Source: an uncultured bacterium | GTDB lineage: Bacteria > Krumholzibacteriota > Krumholzibacteriia > WVZY01 > JAKEHA01 | Direction of reading: 5' to 3' | Assembly: GCA_964500785.1 (NCBI GenBank) | Contig: CAZCQM010000003.1 | Span: 1 to 36,023, forward strand | Length of the DNA stretch: 36,023 nt | Shown: positions 1-8,475 of the stretch, one piece after another | How the letters are laid out: the number at the start of each line of letters is the position of its first letter | Position numbering within the stretch: position 1 is the first letter of the stretch | The notes under the pieces: model-generated | Databases searched by the model: none | What the model saw: only the letters and a program-made list of their open reading frames with translations | Told to the model about the DNA's origin: nothing | Program-made: the position numbers and the translations under genes

Positions 1-813
1 CATGCCGGAACCGTTGTCGCCGTAGATCGGCTTCGGCATGAAGGTCGCGGTCTTACCGTGCCGGCGCGCCACGTTGCGAACGACGTACTTGTAGACCAGC
101 AGCCGGTCGGCCATGTCGACAAGCTTCTCGAACTTGAGGTCGATCTCGGACTGTCCCGCCGTCGCCACCTCGTGGTGCTGCGCTTCCACCGCGATGCCGA
201 GGGCCATGATCTCGAGCATCATCTCGGAGCGGAGGTCGTGCATCGAGTCCGCCGGCGGAACCGGGAAGTAGCCCTCTTTGAAGCGCGGCTTGTAGGCCAG
301 ATTGGGGCGCTCGCGACGGCCCGAGTTCCACGAACCTTCCGACGAATCGATGTAGAAGAACGCCTGCTGCGGCTGCACCTCGAAGCGGACGTCGTCGAAG
401 ATGAAGAACTCGGCTTCGGGACCGAAGAAGATGTCGGTCGCGATGCCGGTGCTCTTGACGTAAGCCTCCGCCTTCATGGCGATGGCGCGAGGGTCGCGCG
501 TGTAGCGCTCCTTGGTAATCGGATCGAAGATGTTGCACACCAGCGACAAGGTCGGCTCCTTCATGAACGGGTCGATGAAGGCGGTGTTCGAATCGGGAAC
601 GACGATCATGTCGCTCTCGTTGATGCTCTTCCAGCCGCGGATGCTGGATCCGTCGAAGCCGAAGCCTTCTTCGAACGACGACTCTTCGAGCGCTGCTATG
701 GGGAGACTGAAATGCTGCCAGGTGCCGGGGAAATCGATGAACTTGAGGTCGAGCACGCGCGCACCCTTCTCGCGCGCGAACTTCAGGACCTCCTGCGGAG
801 TTCGCTTCTCCAT
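1..813 (-). CDS. glnA: Glutamine synthetase type I, N-terminal part (runs off the window start)
   Basis: Not in the ORF track. Manual translation from the ATG at 813 gives [36 protein letters not shown]...FDGSSIRGW...[11 protein letters not shown]...[13 protein letters not shown]...[17 protein letters not shown], with classic GSI motifs. SD AAGGAGG lies just upstream. Confidence 0.97.
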   Translation of the reverse strand, partial: MEKRTPQEVLKFAREKGARVLDLKFIDFPGTWQHFSLPIAALEESSFEEGFGFDGSSIRGWKSINESDMIVVPDSNTAFIDPFMKEPTLSLVCNIFDPITKERYTRDPRAIAMKAEAYVKSTGIATDIFFGPEAEFFIFDDVRFEVQPQQAFFYIDSSEGSWNSGRRERPNLAYKPRFKEGYFPVPPADSMHDLRSEMMLEIMALGIAVEAQHHEVATAGQSEIDLKFEKLVDMADRLLVYKYVVRNVARRHGKTATFMPKPIYGDNGSGM

Positions 814-888
814 CACACCACCCTCCTTGACGTGGGAATCGCGGGGACCGATCGAGCGTTGGCTGCCGGACGACCAACAAAAAAGGTA

Positions 889-917
889 CTTGTACGCTGC
901 GTGCGCAGGGGTGTCAA
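889..917 (-). promoter_or_regulatory. Putative sigma70 promoter for glnA
   Basis: TTGACA (917-912), 17 nt spacer, TACAAG (894-889). Confidence 0.5.
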
Positions 918-995
918 CGGCGATCCTGACGTCGCGGGAGAATGGCGGTGGACACGCCGGACGCGGGCGCCCGCAGCCCCGGGCGGCGCCTTGAC

Positions 996-2630
996 TTACG
1001 CGCCGGCGCGCGCCTCGAGTGCGACGAGGACGGGGCCGAGGGCGTCGAGGAGGTCGCCCGCCATGACGCCGCGGATGCCGCGGCCGCGGGCGGCGAGCTC
1101 TCCGGCCTCGCCGTGGAGGAAGCACGCAACGCACGTCGCATCCGTCACTTGCGCGGGTGTCAGGGAGCGCGGCGGCGGCCCGTGGCGAAGCGGAGCGGCC
1201 GCCTGGGCGATCAGCCCGCCCATCAGGCCCGTGAGCACGTCCCCGGTACCCCCGGTGGCGAGGGCGCTGTTGCCCGACGCGTTGACCCAGACCATCCCAT
1301 CCGGCCCGGCGATGAGCGTGGGCGCGCCCTTGAGGAGCACCGTCACGCCGAGACGCCGCGCCTCGTTGCGCGCGAAATCGACGCGGTCCAGCGGGTCGTG
1401 TGGTACGTCGCGGCCGGTGAGCCGCTTGACCTCGCCGTCGTGCGGCGTCACCGCGACCGGCGACGTCGCATCCGCGAGATCCGCGGCGCGCCCCTGGAAC
1501 GCCGTGATGCCGTCGGCGTCGAGGACGACGGGCCTGGGACAGTTCTGCACGAAGTCGCGGACGAAGGCGTCGGTGTCGTCGTTGCGCCCCATGCCGGGGC
1601 CGATCGCGACGGCATCCGCGCGTTCCAGATAGGGCGCGAGCACGCCGGCGGCTTCCGGCGATGCAGTTCCCTGCGCGGTCTGCGGCAGCGGCACGACGAT
1701 CGCTTCGCGCAGCGCGATCATCTCGCAGCGGATCGCTTCCGGCACCGCGAGGTACACCATGCCGCACCCGCTCCGGAGCGCCGCCTCGGCGGTGAGCAAC
1801 GCCGCGCCGCGGAACTGCTCGCTGCCCGCGACGACGAGCAGCGTGCCCGCATCGTACTTGTGGATGTCGGGCGCTCGCGCCGGCAGGCGCTCCGCGGCGC
1901 TGGACTCGTCGAGGAGCGTGAGTGCTCCCGCGTGCTTCTCGACGATCTCGGTCGGAAAGCCGATCTCGATGATGGCCAGCGCACCGACGTAGGCCTTGCC
2001 GGGGAAGAAGAGCAGGCCGGTCTTGGGCGCGCCGATGGTGAAGGTCTCGCTCGCGCGCACCGCCACACCCGGGACGTCGCCGGTCGAGCCGTTGACGCCG
2101 GACGGGATGTCGATGCTGACGACGGGAATCCCGTGCGCGCGCGCCTCGTTGATCGCGGTGATCATCTCTTCTGCGCGGCCGCGCGGCGCGCCGCTCACCC
2201 CGGTGCCGAGGAGGGCGTCGACGATGAGCGTGGCATCCTCCAGATCCTCCCGCACGCGGTCGGGCCAGTCGGGGCGGGTGGCGTCGAATTCGTGGTAGCC
2301 GGCCGGCTTCATGCCGGAGAGGCGCTGGTGGTTCTTGGACGCGTCCGGCGAGAGGTCGCCGGGCGGCTTCAGGAGGTGGATGGAGCACGCCCAGCCGACT
2401 TCGAGGAGCAGGCGCGCGACGACGAGTCCGTCGCCGCCGTTGTTACCGGGACCGACGAAGATGACCGCGCGGGGGCGCGACTCTCCGGCGAGCGGCGAGT
2501 CCGCGTATTGCGCGAGGATCGTCTTCGCCACCCCGCGCCCGGCGCGCTCCATGAGCTCGATCCCGGGCACGACGTGCGCGATCGTCTCGGCGTCGACTTC
2601 CTGCATCTGCCGGGCGGTCAGGACACGCAT
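996..2630 (-). CDS. nnr: Bifunctional NAD(P)H-hydrate epimerase/dehydratase (YjeF/Nnr)
   Basis: Epimerase motifs [24 protein letters not shown] and SIDIPSG; dehydratase motifs AIGPGMG, VLDADG, TPHDGE, LLKGAPT and [12 protein letters not shown]. Confidence 0.96.
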   Translation of the reverse strand: MRVLTARQMQEVDAETIAHVVPGIELMERAGRGVAKTILAQYADSPLAGESRPRAVIFVGPGNNGGDGLVVARLLLEVGWACSIHLLKPPGDLSPDASKNHQRLSGMKPAGYHEFDATRPDWPDRVREDLEDATLIVDALLGTGVSGAPRGRAEEMITAINEARAHGIPVVSIDIPSGVNGSTGDVPGVAVRASETFTIGAPKTGLLFFPGKAYVGALAIIEIGFPTEIVEKHAGALTLLDESSAAERLPARAPDIHKYDAGTLLVVAGSEQFRGAALLTAEAALRSGCGMVYLAVPEAIRCEMIALREAIVVPLPQTAQGTASPEAAGVLAPYLERADAVAIGPGMGRNDDTDAFVRDFVQNCPRPVVLDADGITAFQGRAADLADATSPVAVTPHDGEVKRLTGRDVPHDPLDRVDFARNEARRLGVTVLLKGAPTLIAGPDGMVWVNASGNSALATGGTGDVLTGLMGGLIAQAAAPLRHGPPPRSLTPAQVTDATCVACFLHGEAGELAARGRGIRGVMAGDLLDALGPVLVALEARAGA

Positions 2631-2644
2631 GGGACTTCACGTTC

Positions 2645-2673
2645 ATTGTAATCACGCGGGCACCCGTTGTCAT
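2645..2673 (-). promoter_or_regulatory. Putative sigma70 promoter for nnr (very short leader)
   Basis: ATGACA (2673-2668), 17 nt spacer, TACAAT (2650-2645), ending 14 nt before the ATG. Confidence 0.45.
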
Positions 2674-2829
2674 TCACGACCGTGTTGGAACGAACCCCGG
2701 TCCGGGCGGACGTCCGGAAACGGAGATGCGAATCGTCGGGTATTATCGTAACCTCTGGATTCGCAAGCCCGTACATCAGGGCGGACGCGCGCTCAGCAGA
2801 CACGTTCGTCAACCCACCCGAGGTGAACC

Positions 2830-3084
2830 ATGACCGAGAAGAAGCCCAGAACCGAAGAATTCGAAGTGAGCGGCGACCGGATCGTGGAGACGGTGAAGCG
2901 TCTCATGCACGAAGGCAACATCCGCCGCATCACGATCAAGGACTCCGAGGGCCGATCGTTGATCGAGATCCCGCTCACCCTCGGTGTCGTCGGCGCCGTC
3001 CTGGTTCCCGTGCTGGCGGCCGTCGGCGGGATAGCCGCACTCGTTACGAAGTGCACCATCGTTCTCGAGCGGATCGAAGAGTGA
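2830..3084 (+). CDS. DUF4342 domain small protein
   Basis: EEFEVSG..VETVKRLMHEGNIRRITIK...LIEIPLTLGVVGAVLVPVLAAVG.IAALVTKCTI matches this family; SD GAGGTG upstream. Confidence 0.88.
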   Translation: MTEKKPRTEEFEVSGDRIVETVKRLMHEGNIRRITIKDSEGRSLIEIPLTLGVVGAVLVPVLAAVGGIAALVTKCTIVLERIEE

Positions 3085-3310
3085 GCGCCCGCGCGAGGTG
3101 AGGTTTTTCGGCATCACCGTCTCGTACTGGGCGAGCCCGGAGGCCATCCGCAACTGGAAAGACCATGCGGAGCACATTGCGGCGCAGACGATGGGCATCG
3201 AGCGCTGGTACGAGCACTACGAGCTGCGCGTTGCCCGCGTGGAACGGAGCTACTCCGGTCCGGGCAACGGCTTGCATCCAACGGCCTGGGATGCGGCGGG
3301 GCCCCCGTGA
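3081..3310 (+). pseudogene. N-terminally truncated antibiotic biosynthesis monooxygenase (ABM/YqjZ-like) fragment
   Basis: FGITVSYWASPEAIRNWKDHAEHIAAQTMGIERWYEHYELRVARVERSY is the C-terminal half of YqjZ-type ABM proteins. The N-terminal YAVIF half is absent, and a residual S-A-R lies in another frame at 3084-3092. Confidence 0.65.
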
Positions 3311-3345
3311 GCCGAGCCGCAATCAGGATCGAGACAAGATCTCTT

Positions 3346-3374
3346 TTGACAGTCTCCCGCCCCGGTGCTATCGA
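3346..3374 (+). promoter_or_regulatory. Putative sigma70 promoter, likely leaderless transcript
   Basis: TTGACA (3346-3351), 17 nt spacer, TATCGA (3369-3374) with an extended -10 TG. GTG/ATG follow at 3380/3383 with no SD. Confidence 0.45.
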
Positions 3375-3382
3375 AAGCAGTG

Positions 3383-3901
3383 ATGCCACTGGTTTCGGCC
3401 CGGAATATCGAAGACCCCAAGATGGTCGTCGCCCCGCCGACCTGGGTGAGGATCGCGATCGGCGTCGCGCTCGTGGCGATCTTCGCCCTCATCGCCGTCC
3501 TGCCCATCGCCAGCTCCATCCTGAAGGTAGCCGCCCTCATCATCTACGGCGTCGTGCTGCTGGGGATCGCCAGGAACGCGCTCGTCGGCAGTCAGATGGC
3601 CACGATGCAGGCCAATGACGAAGGCGTGTACTTCCAGACCGACGACGCCAGTCGTTACCTTCTCGTTCCCTGGGACAACATCGGTGCGATAGAGAAGGTC
3701 GTGTTTCCGGTGAACAAGCGGGGCCTGCGCCTGGAAGTGACGGGTCCGTACCGCGACGTCGTCGAGACGACGGAACACGTCGGGAACGTCCAGGCCATCG
3801 AAGACCGGGTATTCATCTACACCATTCCTCAACTGAACGACCGGGACCGGTTGATCGACATGCTGCTCGCCTTCAAACGCGGTCATCAGCAAACCGCTTG
3901 A
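3383..3901 (+). CDS. Hypothetical membrane protein (two TM helices followed by a soluble beta-rich domain)
   Basis: ORF 3365-3901 with the likely start at ATG 3383; two hydrophobic segments, then EGVYF...LVPWDNIGAIE, reminiscent of bacterial PH-like domains. Confidence 0.7.
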   Translation: MPLVSARNIEDPKMVVAPPTWVRIAIGVALVAIFALIAVLPIASSILKVAALIIYGVVLLGIARNALVGSQMATMQANDEGVYFQTDDASRYLLVPWDNIGAIEKVVFPVNKRGLRLEVTGPYRDVVETTEHVGNVQAIEDRVFIYTIPQLNDRDRLIDMLLAFKRGHQQTA

Positions 3902-3950
3902 TGCGCGCGCGGTCGCGTCCCACCCCCGCTGCGCACCGAAAGGAACTCCC

Positions 3951-4610
3951 ATGTCGAAAGTTCGCGTTCTGAGCTTCGCCGTCTCCCTCGACGGCTATGG
4001 CGCCGGTCCCGACCAGGATCTCGCCAATCCGCTCGGTGTCCGCGGGCCGGAGCTGATGGAGTGGTTCTCCAACACGCGGGTATGGCGCGAGATGCAGGGC
4101 CAGGAGGGCGGCGAGACCGGCGTCGACAACCGCATGGCCGAGATGGGCTTCCACAACATCGGCGCGTGGATTCTCGGGCGCAACATGTTCGGCCCGATTC
4201 GCGGTCCCTGGCCCGACGAGAGCTGGAAAGGCTGGTGGGGCGACGAGCCGCCGTATCACGTCCCCACCTTCGTGTTGACGCATCACGCGCGGCCGCCGCT
4301 CGAGATGGCGGGCGGCACGGTGTTCCACTTCGTGACCGACGGCGTCGAGTCCGCGCTGAAGCAGGCGAAGGCGGCGGCGGGCGAGGGCGACGTCCGCATC
4401 GGCGGCGGCGTGTCGACGATTCGACAGTATCTCCAGGCGGGATCGATCGACGAGCTGCACCTCGCGATTCGGCCCGTCCCGATGGGATCCGGGGAGCACC
4501 TGTGGAATGGACTCGACGTGCGCGCGCTGGGTTACGAGGTCGCCGAGCACATCCCCGGCGAGCGCGCGATGCACGTCATCCTGCGGAGACGCGCGGACCG
4601 CACAGCCTGA
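3951..4610 (+). CDS. Dihydrofolate reductase family / RibD C-terminal domain protein
   Basis: SLDGYGAGP, ILGRNMF, VFHFVTDG, DVRIGGG and IDELHLAI motifs; SD AAGGA upstream. Confidence 0.92.
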   Translation: MSKVRVLSFAVSLDGYGAGPDQDLANPLGVRGPELMEWFSNTRVWREMQGQEGGETGVDNRMAEMGFHNIGAWILGRNMFGPIRGPWPDESWKGWWGDEPPYHVPTFVLTHHARPPLEMAGGTVFHFVTDGVESALKQAKAAAGEGDVRIGGGVSTIRQYLQAGSIDELHLAIRPVPMGSGEHLWNGLDVRALGYEVAEHIPGERAMHVILRRRADRTA

Positions 4611-4614
4611 CGCC

Positions 4615-5310
4615 CTACCGCGTCGTTTGCGGCGCGTTCAGCTTGTCCACGATGTCGACCAGCTCGTAGATGTCGTCGATGTCGTGGTCGGCGCCGCTCT
4701 CCTTGAACCCCTTCGTGTCTCCGTAGCGCGCGAACACCGTCACCATCCCGACCTTCCCCGCGCCCGTGATGTCGCGCTCGGGCCAGTCACCCACCATGAC
4801 CGCCTCGCTCGGATCCAGCTCGAAGTGATCCAGCGCGCGCCGGAACGGCTTGGGACTGGGCTTGCGCACGCCCGTGTCTTCGAAGGTCGTCACGTAGTCG
4901 AACATGTGATGGAGCTGGAGGTAGCACAGCCGGAGCCACGCTTCCATGCGCGGCGCGTCGGAGACCACGCCCAGCTTGATGCCGCGCTTCATCAGCTCGA
5001 TGAGCGTCACCTTGACGTGCGGGTAGAGGACGAGTGACGCCTCCTTGGCGCGCCGGTAGCCCACGATGCCGGCGGCCTGGATCTTGTAGTCCACCGCACC
5101 GATCATCTCCTCGAGCGCGTGGTCGAAGACGTTCTGGAACTCGATGCCCTCGCGGTCGTAGATGGCGTAGATCTTGTTCTTGATCTCCTCCGGGGAGAAG
5201 CGCAGGCCCGCGTCGACCATCGCGTCGACGGCGGCGTCGACGGCACTTTCCTTCATGCGCATGAAGTCGGTGAGCGTGTTGTCGAGATCGAAGATGACAG
5301 CTTTGATCAT
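4615..5310 (-). CDS. HAD-superfamily hydrolase (subfamily IA)
   Basis: Motif I FDLDNTL directly after ATG 5310; GVVSD, RKPSP and MVGDWPERDITGA. Confidence 0.93.
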   Translation of the reverse strand: MIKAVIFDLDNTLTDFMRMKESAVDAAVDAMVDAGLRFSPEEIKNKIYAIYDREGIEFQNVFDHALEEMIGAVDYKIQAAGIVGYRRAKEASLVLYPHVKVTLIELMKRGIKLGVVSDAPRMEAWLRLCYLQLHHMFDYVTTFEDTGVRKPSPKPFRRALDHFELDPSEAVMVGDWPERDITGAGKVGMVTVFARYGDTKGFKESGADHDIDDIYELVDIVDKLNAPQTTR

Positions 5311-5379
5311 GGTGTATACTCTCTTACCTGTAGGCGCGGCGTGGCCGCGCAAGTTGATGCCGGAGAGAGGTTTATTTTA

Positions 5380-6225
5380 GTGGAAGATAGCAGGCAGCGC
5401 AACACCCCGCACGATGTCTTCACGGCGGTGAACAACTACTTTCTGTTGTTCTTCTGCGCCAGCTGCGTCCTCTCGAGCATGTATATCCAGCAGCTCTTCC
5501 TGGTCGCTCAGCATTACCGCATGGGGATCGGGGCCTCGGCACTGCTGGGGATCATCCTCCCGGTCTATCTCCTCACCCACCGCTTCCCCTCCGGGGTGCG
5601 GGCCCAGCTCCGCATCGGCCGCCCGCACCTGCATCGCCTGGTCCTGGTCATCGTGGCCGCCCTGGCCGCGGTGGTGGTGGTGGATCAAATATACATCCTC
5701 ACGCAACACTTCAGCCCGGTTCCCGAGGACTACGCGGACGCGATCCGCGAGCTCAGGCCCACTTCGACGCTCCAGTTCATCGTGACGATTCTGGGGCTCT
5801 CGGTACTCGTGCCCGTCGCGGAGGAGGCGATCTTCCGCGGGCTGATCCAGCAGGTCTTCTCCCGCAACATGGGGCCGATCCTGGCCATCGCGCTGGCGGG
5901 CGCGACGTTCGGCGCGGTGCACCTCAACGCCCACCTCCTGATCAGCATCACGGTGTTCGGGTGGTTCCTGGGCTGGATGTACCATGCGACCGGCAATCTG
6001 CTGTACACCATCGTGGCTCACGGGATCTTCAACACGGTGGCGCTGGCGCAGCTCATCTGGGTGCCGGAATCCGAGGTGAGCGACCTGCCGATCTACCTGC
6101 AGGACGTCCGGATCGTGGTCGCGGCGACCGTCATCTTCATCTTCCTGCTCTTCAAAATGAGAGAGGGAGGTCCCGAGATGGAACCTCCCTACACCAGGAT
6201 GTCGCCGGAGCAGGCCGGCGAGTGA
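5380..6225 (+). CDS. CPBP/Abi (CAAX protease-like) intramembrane metalloprotease
   Basis: PVAEEAIFRG, FGAVH and IVAHGIFN motifs with many TM helices. Start reassigned to GTG 5380 (purine-rich GGAGAGAGG upstream; avoids overlapping the HAD gene). Confidence 0.9.
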   Translation: MEDSRQRNTPHDVFTAVNNYFLLFFCASCVLSSMYIQQLFLVAQHYRMGIGASALLGIILPVYLLTHRFPSGVRAQLRIGRPHLHRLVLVIVAALAAVVVVDQIYILTQHFSPVPEDYADAIRELRPTSTLQFIVTILGLSVLVPVAEEAIFRGLIQQVFSRNMGPILAIALAGATFGAVHLNAHLLISITVFGWFLGWMYHATGNLLYTIVAHGIFNTVALAQLIWVPESEVSDLPIYLQDVRIVVAATVIFIFLLFKMREGGPEMEPPYTRMSPEQAGE

Positions 6226-6417
6226 CTACTTGACGGACGTACTGATGTCGCGTCCGACGCTGATCTCCCCGTTGTCGATTCGGATATTGAACCCACACTC
6301 CGGGTTGCTGCACACCCACGCTTTGTACATGATGGGCGCGCCGTCGCGACCGTAGTCCGACAAGGGTAACAGTATGCCTTTGTTACATTTCTGGCATCCG
6401 GGGAACGCTTTCTCCAT
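6226..6417 (-). CDS. Small putative zinc-ribbon protein (63 aa)
   Basis: CQKC...CSNPEC cysteine pairs; protein-like composition; its own promoter and SD upstream. Confidence 0.8.
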   Translation of the reverse strand: MEKAFPGCQKCNKGILLPLSDYGRDGAPIMYKAWVCSNPECGFNIRIDNGEISVGRDISTSVK

Positions 6418-6536
6418 ATCCGCACCGCGCGTGAATGCCGTGCGCGCGGCCTCGTCACCTCCCTTTCACCGGTTCCGGCGCCGGCGCGAGTCTTAACTCA
6501 CAACGAATCAAGATGTTGCAACCGCGCCGAAACGAC
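6418..6536 (-). promoter_or_regulatory. Structured ~120 nt 5' leader with a hairpin separating SD from ATG
   Basis: Stems CGGCGCG/CGCGCCG, TCTTGATTC/GAGTTAAGA and CCGCGCG/CGCGCGG; SD AAAGGGAGGTG at 6466-6456. Confidence 0.5.
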
Positions 6537-6542
6537 CTGCGA

Positions 6543-6572
6543 ATTATCTCCGTGTCCCGGAACGGGTGTCAA
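6543..6572 (-). promoter_or_regulatory. Putative sigma70 promoter for the zinc-ribbon gene
   Basis: TTGACA (6572-6567), 18 nt spacer, GATAAT (6548-6543). Confidence 0.6.
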
Positions 6573-6696
6573 GCGCTATGTCGGCAACCCCGTGGCGGAG
6601 GACCCGCCGGCGTGGTCATGTCCTGCCTCCCCGGTCCGGACCTGCGTGAACCGCCCCGGGTTCTTCGTGGACTCACGCCGGCGTATATCGCGCCCG

Positions 6697-7182
6697 TCAC
6701 AGCAGGCGTTTCACCACGAAGATGCCGACCATCGCGAACATGATGGCGAGCTTGCCCAGTGTGCCGATGATGAAGCCGATCCACGCGGCGACCCCGGCGC
6801 GGCCCGCCTGCATCACTGAGCGCCGCGCGAGCAGCTCGCCCACCACCGCGCCGACGAACGGCCCCAGCAGGATCCCCGCCACGCCGAAGAACACGCCGAC
6901 CAGCGTGCCGATCGCCGCGCCCCAGATGGCGAGGCGGCTCGCCCCCACGCGCTGGACGCCGAGCATGCTCGCGATCAGGTCGACGATATAGGCGAACCCC
7001 ATCAGGACCCCGATGATCACGAGCGTCCACAGGCCGACGTACTGGAAGTGCTCCGCCCACGCCGCCACCACCAGCCCCGCGAAGACGAGCGGCGCCCCGG
7101 GCAGCACGGGCGCGATGACGCCGACGAAGCCCGCGACCACGAGGATCGCGGCCAGCGCCCACAACAGGATGGTCTGGGTCAT
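6697..7182 (-). CDS. DUF456 (YqgC-like) membrane protein
   Basis: GVIAPVLPGAPL, GASRLAIWGAAIG and ILLGPFVGAVVGEL motifs. Confidence 0.9.
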   Translation of the reverse strand: MTQTILLWALAAILVVAGFVGVIAPVLPGAPLVFAGLVVAAWAEHFQYVGLWTLVIIGVLMGFAYIVDLIASMLGVQRVGASRLAIWGAAIGTLVGVFFGVAGILLGPFVGAVVGELLARRSVMQAGRAGVAAWIGFIIGTLGKLAIMFAMVGIFVVKRLL

Positions 7183-7206
7183 GCGCGGAGCTTACCGCAT
7201 CTGCGG

Positions 7207-8475
7207 TCAGGTCTTGAGCTTCTTCTTCTTCGCCGCCGGGAAGAGGACGTTGTTGAGGATGAGCCGGTAGCCCGGCGAATTGACGTGCAGCGAGAGGTCG
7301 GTGGGCGGATCCCCGACCTGGTGCTGGTAGTCCTCGGGATCGTGGCCGCCGAGGAACGTGAACGTCCCGCGGCCGATGTTGCCGTGCAGGTACTTCACCT
7401 CGCCGTGCACCGCGTCCTCGCCCAGGATGACGACGTTCTTCTTCACCAGCGCTTTCTTGAAGCCGGTGGTCTGACCGAGGAAGCCCTTCACGTAGCTCAC
7501 GTGGTCCTGGGTGAGCATGGCGGGCACCGGGTCGTACTTGGCGGAGAACTCGAACAGGGTGAAGTAGTCCGCGTCGCTCCCGCGCGCGGCGGCGTAGTCG
7601 CTGGTGTCGATGTCCGAGAACTCGTAGACCAGCGGACTGGTGATGAGCGTGAAGCCCGTGAACGCGAAGCAGCGGCTGTAGTCGAGCTTGCTCTGGTAGC
7701 CGGGCGTGATCCCGTCGTGGTCGAACTCCTGCGCGACGATGTCGACGTCATGCGCGGCGAGCGCGATGTCGTAGGTGTCGCACGCGGAGCACATCGCGAA
7801 CATGAAGCCGCCGTTCATGACGTAGTCGCGGATCTTCTCGGCGACCGCCTTCTTCTCGTCGGAAACCTTCGAGAAGCCGAGCTTGCGCGCGCGCTCCTCG
7901 GAGTCGCGCTGGTCGGCCTGGTACCAGTCCGTGTAGCGATAGGCCCCGTAGAACTTGCCGTACTGGCCGGTGAAGTCCTCGTGGTGGAGGTGGAGCCAGT
8001 CGTAGTTCGAGAGATCCCCCGCCAGCACCTGCTCGTCGAAGACGCGGTCGTAGGGAATTTCCGCGTACTCCATGGCCAGCATCACGGCGTCGTCCCACGG
8101 CTGCTTGACCGGTGGCACGTAGACCGCGACCCTCGGCGCCTTCTCCAGGCGGACGCTCTCCATGTTGTTCTTCGCGATGGTCGCCTGGATCTGCGCCACG
8201 TCGGAGCCCGACACCTCCTCGAACTTCACGTTCTTCAGTCGGGCGTCGAGGATGATGTCCTGTGTCGCGGGCATCAGGAAGCTCCCGCCGCGATAGTTCA
8301 ACAGCCAGTCCACGACGTGGCCGTTGGCCAGCGCGTGGTAGGCCAGCCCGTACGCTTTCAGGTGATTGGTCTGCGACAGATCCATGGGGATGAGGAGCTG
8401 CTGGGCGCCCGAGGCGCCGGCCAGGGCGGCCACCAGCAGAACGGCGGCGATGATGATGGACAACCTACGGTGCAT
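7207..8475 (-). CDS. Secreted conserved protein with a class I glutamine-amidotransferase-like domain (family often labelled 'asparagine synthetase B' in FCB genomes)
   Basis: Signal peptide; LLIPMD..QTNHLKAYG, WLLNYRGGSF, YDWLHLHHEDFTGQYGKFY, FAMCSA, GGHDPEDYQH and SPGYRLILNNVLFPAA. No AsnB N-terminal Cys or synthetase PP-loop. Confidence 0.75.
   Translation of the reverse strand: MHRRLSIIIAAVLLVAALAGASGAQQLLIPMDLSQTNHLKAYGLAYHALANGHVVDWLLNYRGGSFLMPATQDIILDARLKNVKFEEVSGSDVAQIQATIAKNNMESVRLEKAPRVAVYVPPVKQPWDDAVMLAMEYAEIPYDRVFDEQVLAGDLSNYDWLHLHHEDFTGQYGKFYGAYRYTDWYQADQRDSEERARKLGFSKVSDEKKAVAEKIRDYVMNGGFMFAMCSACDTYDIALAAHDVDIVAQEFDHDGITPGYQSKLDYSRCFAFTGFTLITSPLVYEFSDIDTSDYAAARGSDADYFTLFEFSAKYDPVPAMLTQDHVSYVKGFLGQTTGFKKALVKKNVVILGEDAVHGEVKYLHGNIGRGTFTFLGGHDPEDYQHQVGDPPTDLSLHVNSPGYRLILNNVLFPAAKKKKLKT

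Noticed and set aside
1-813. Functional link between glnA and the NtrY-like kinase
   Set aside because: They are 16 kb apart, no -24/-12 element was found upstream of glnA, and the NtrY-type H-box is shared by many kinases unrelated to nitrogen control.
53-2651. ORFs 58-1632 plus, 53-880 minus and 942-2651 plus
   Set aside because: Antisense or off-frame shadows of glnA and nnr.
2686-2746. ECF-sigma-like GAAAC...GTA elements upstream of the DUF4342 gene
   Set aside because: Spacing and sequence are ambiguous; they cannot be distinguished from chance without a genome-wide motif.
5119-5379. N-terminal extensions in the ORF track (CPBP from 5119, HAD from 5352, DUF4159 from 14779, pdxJ from 26559)
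   Set aside because: They overlap neighbouring genes or promoters; family homology or signal peptides begin at the downstream starts.
5380-6225. CPBP/Abi protein as a phage-defence gene or as the sortase for the TWG motif
   Set aside because: CPBP proteins are widespread membrane proteases. There is no defence context, the gene is more than 21 kb from the array, and the TWG motif lacks a TM segment.
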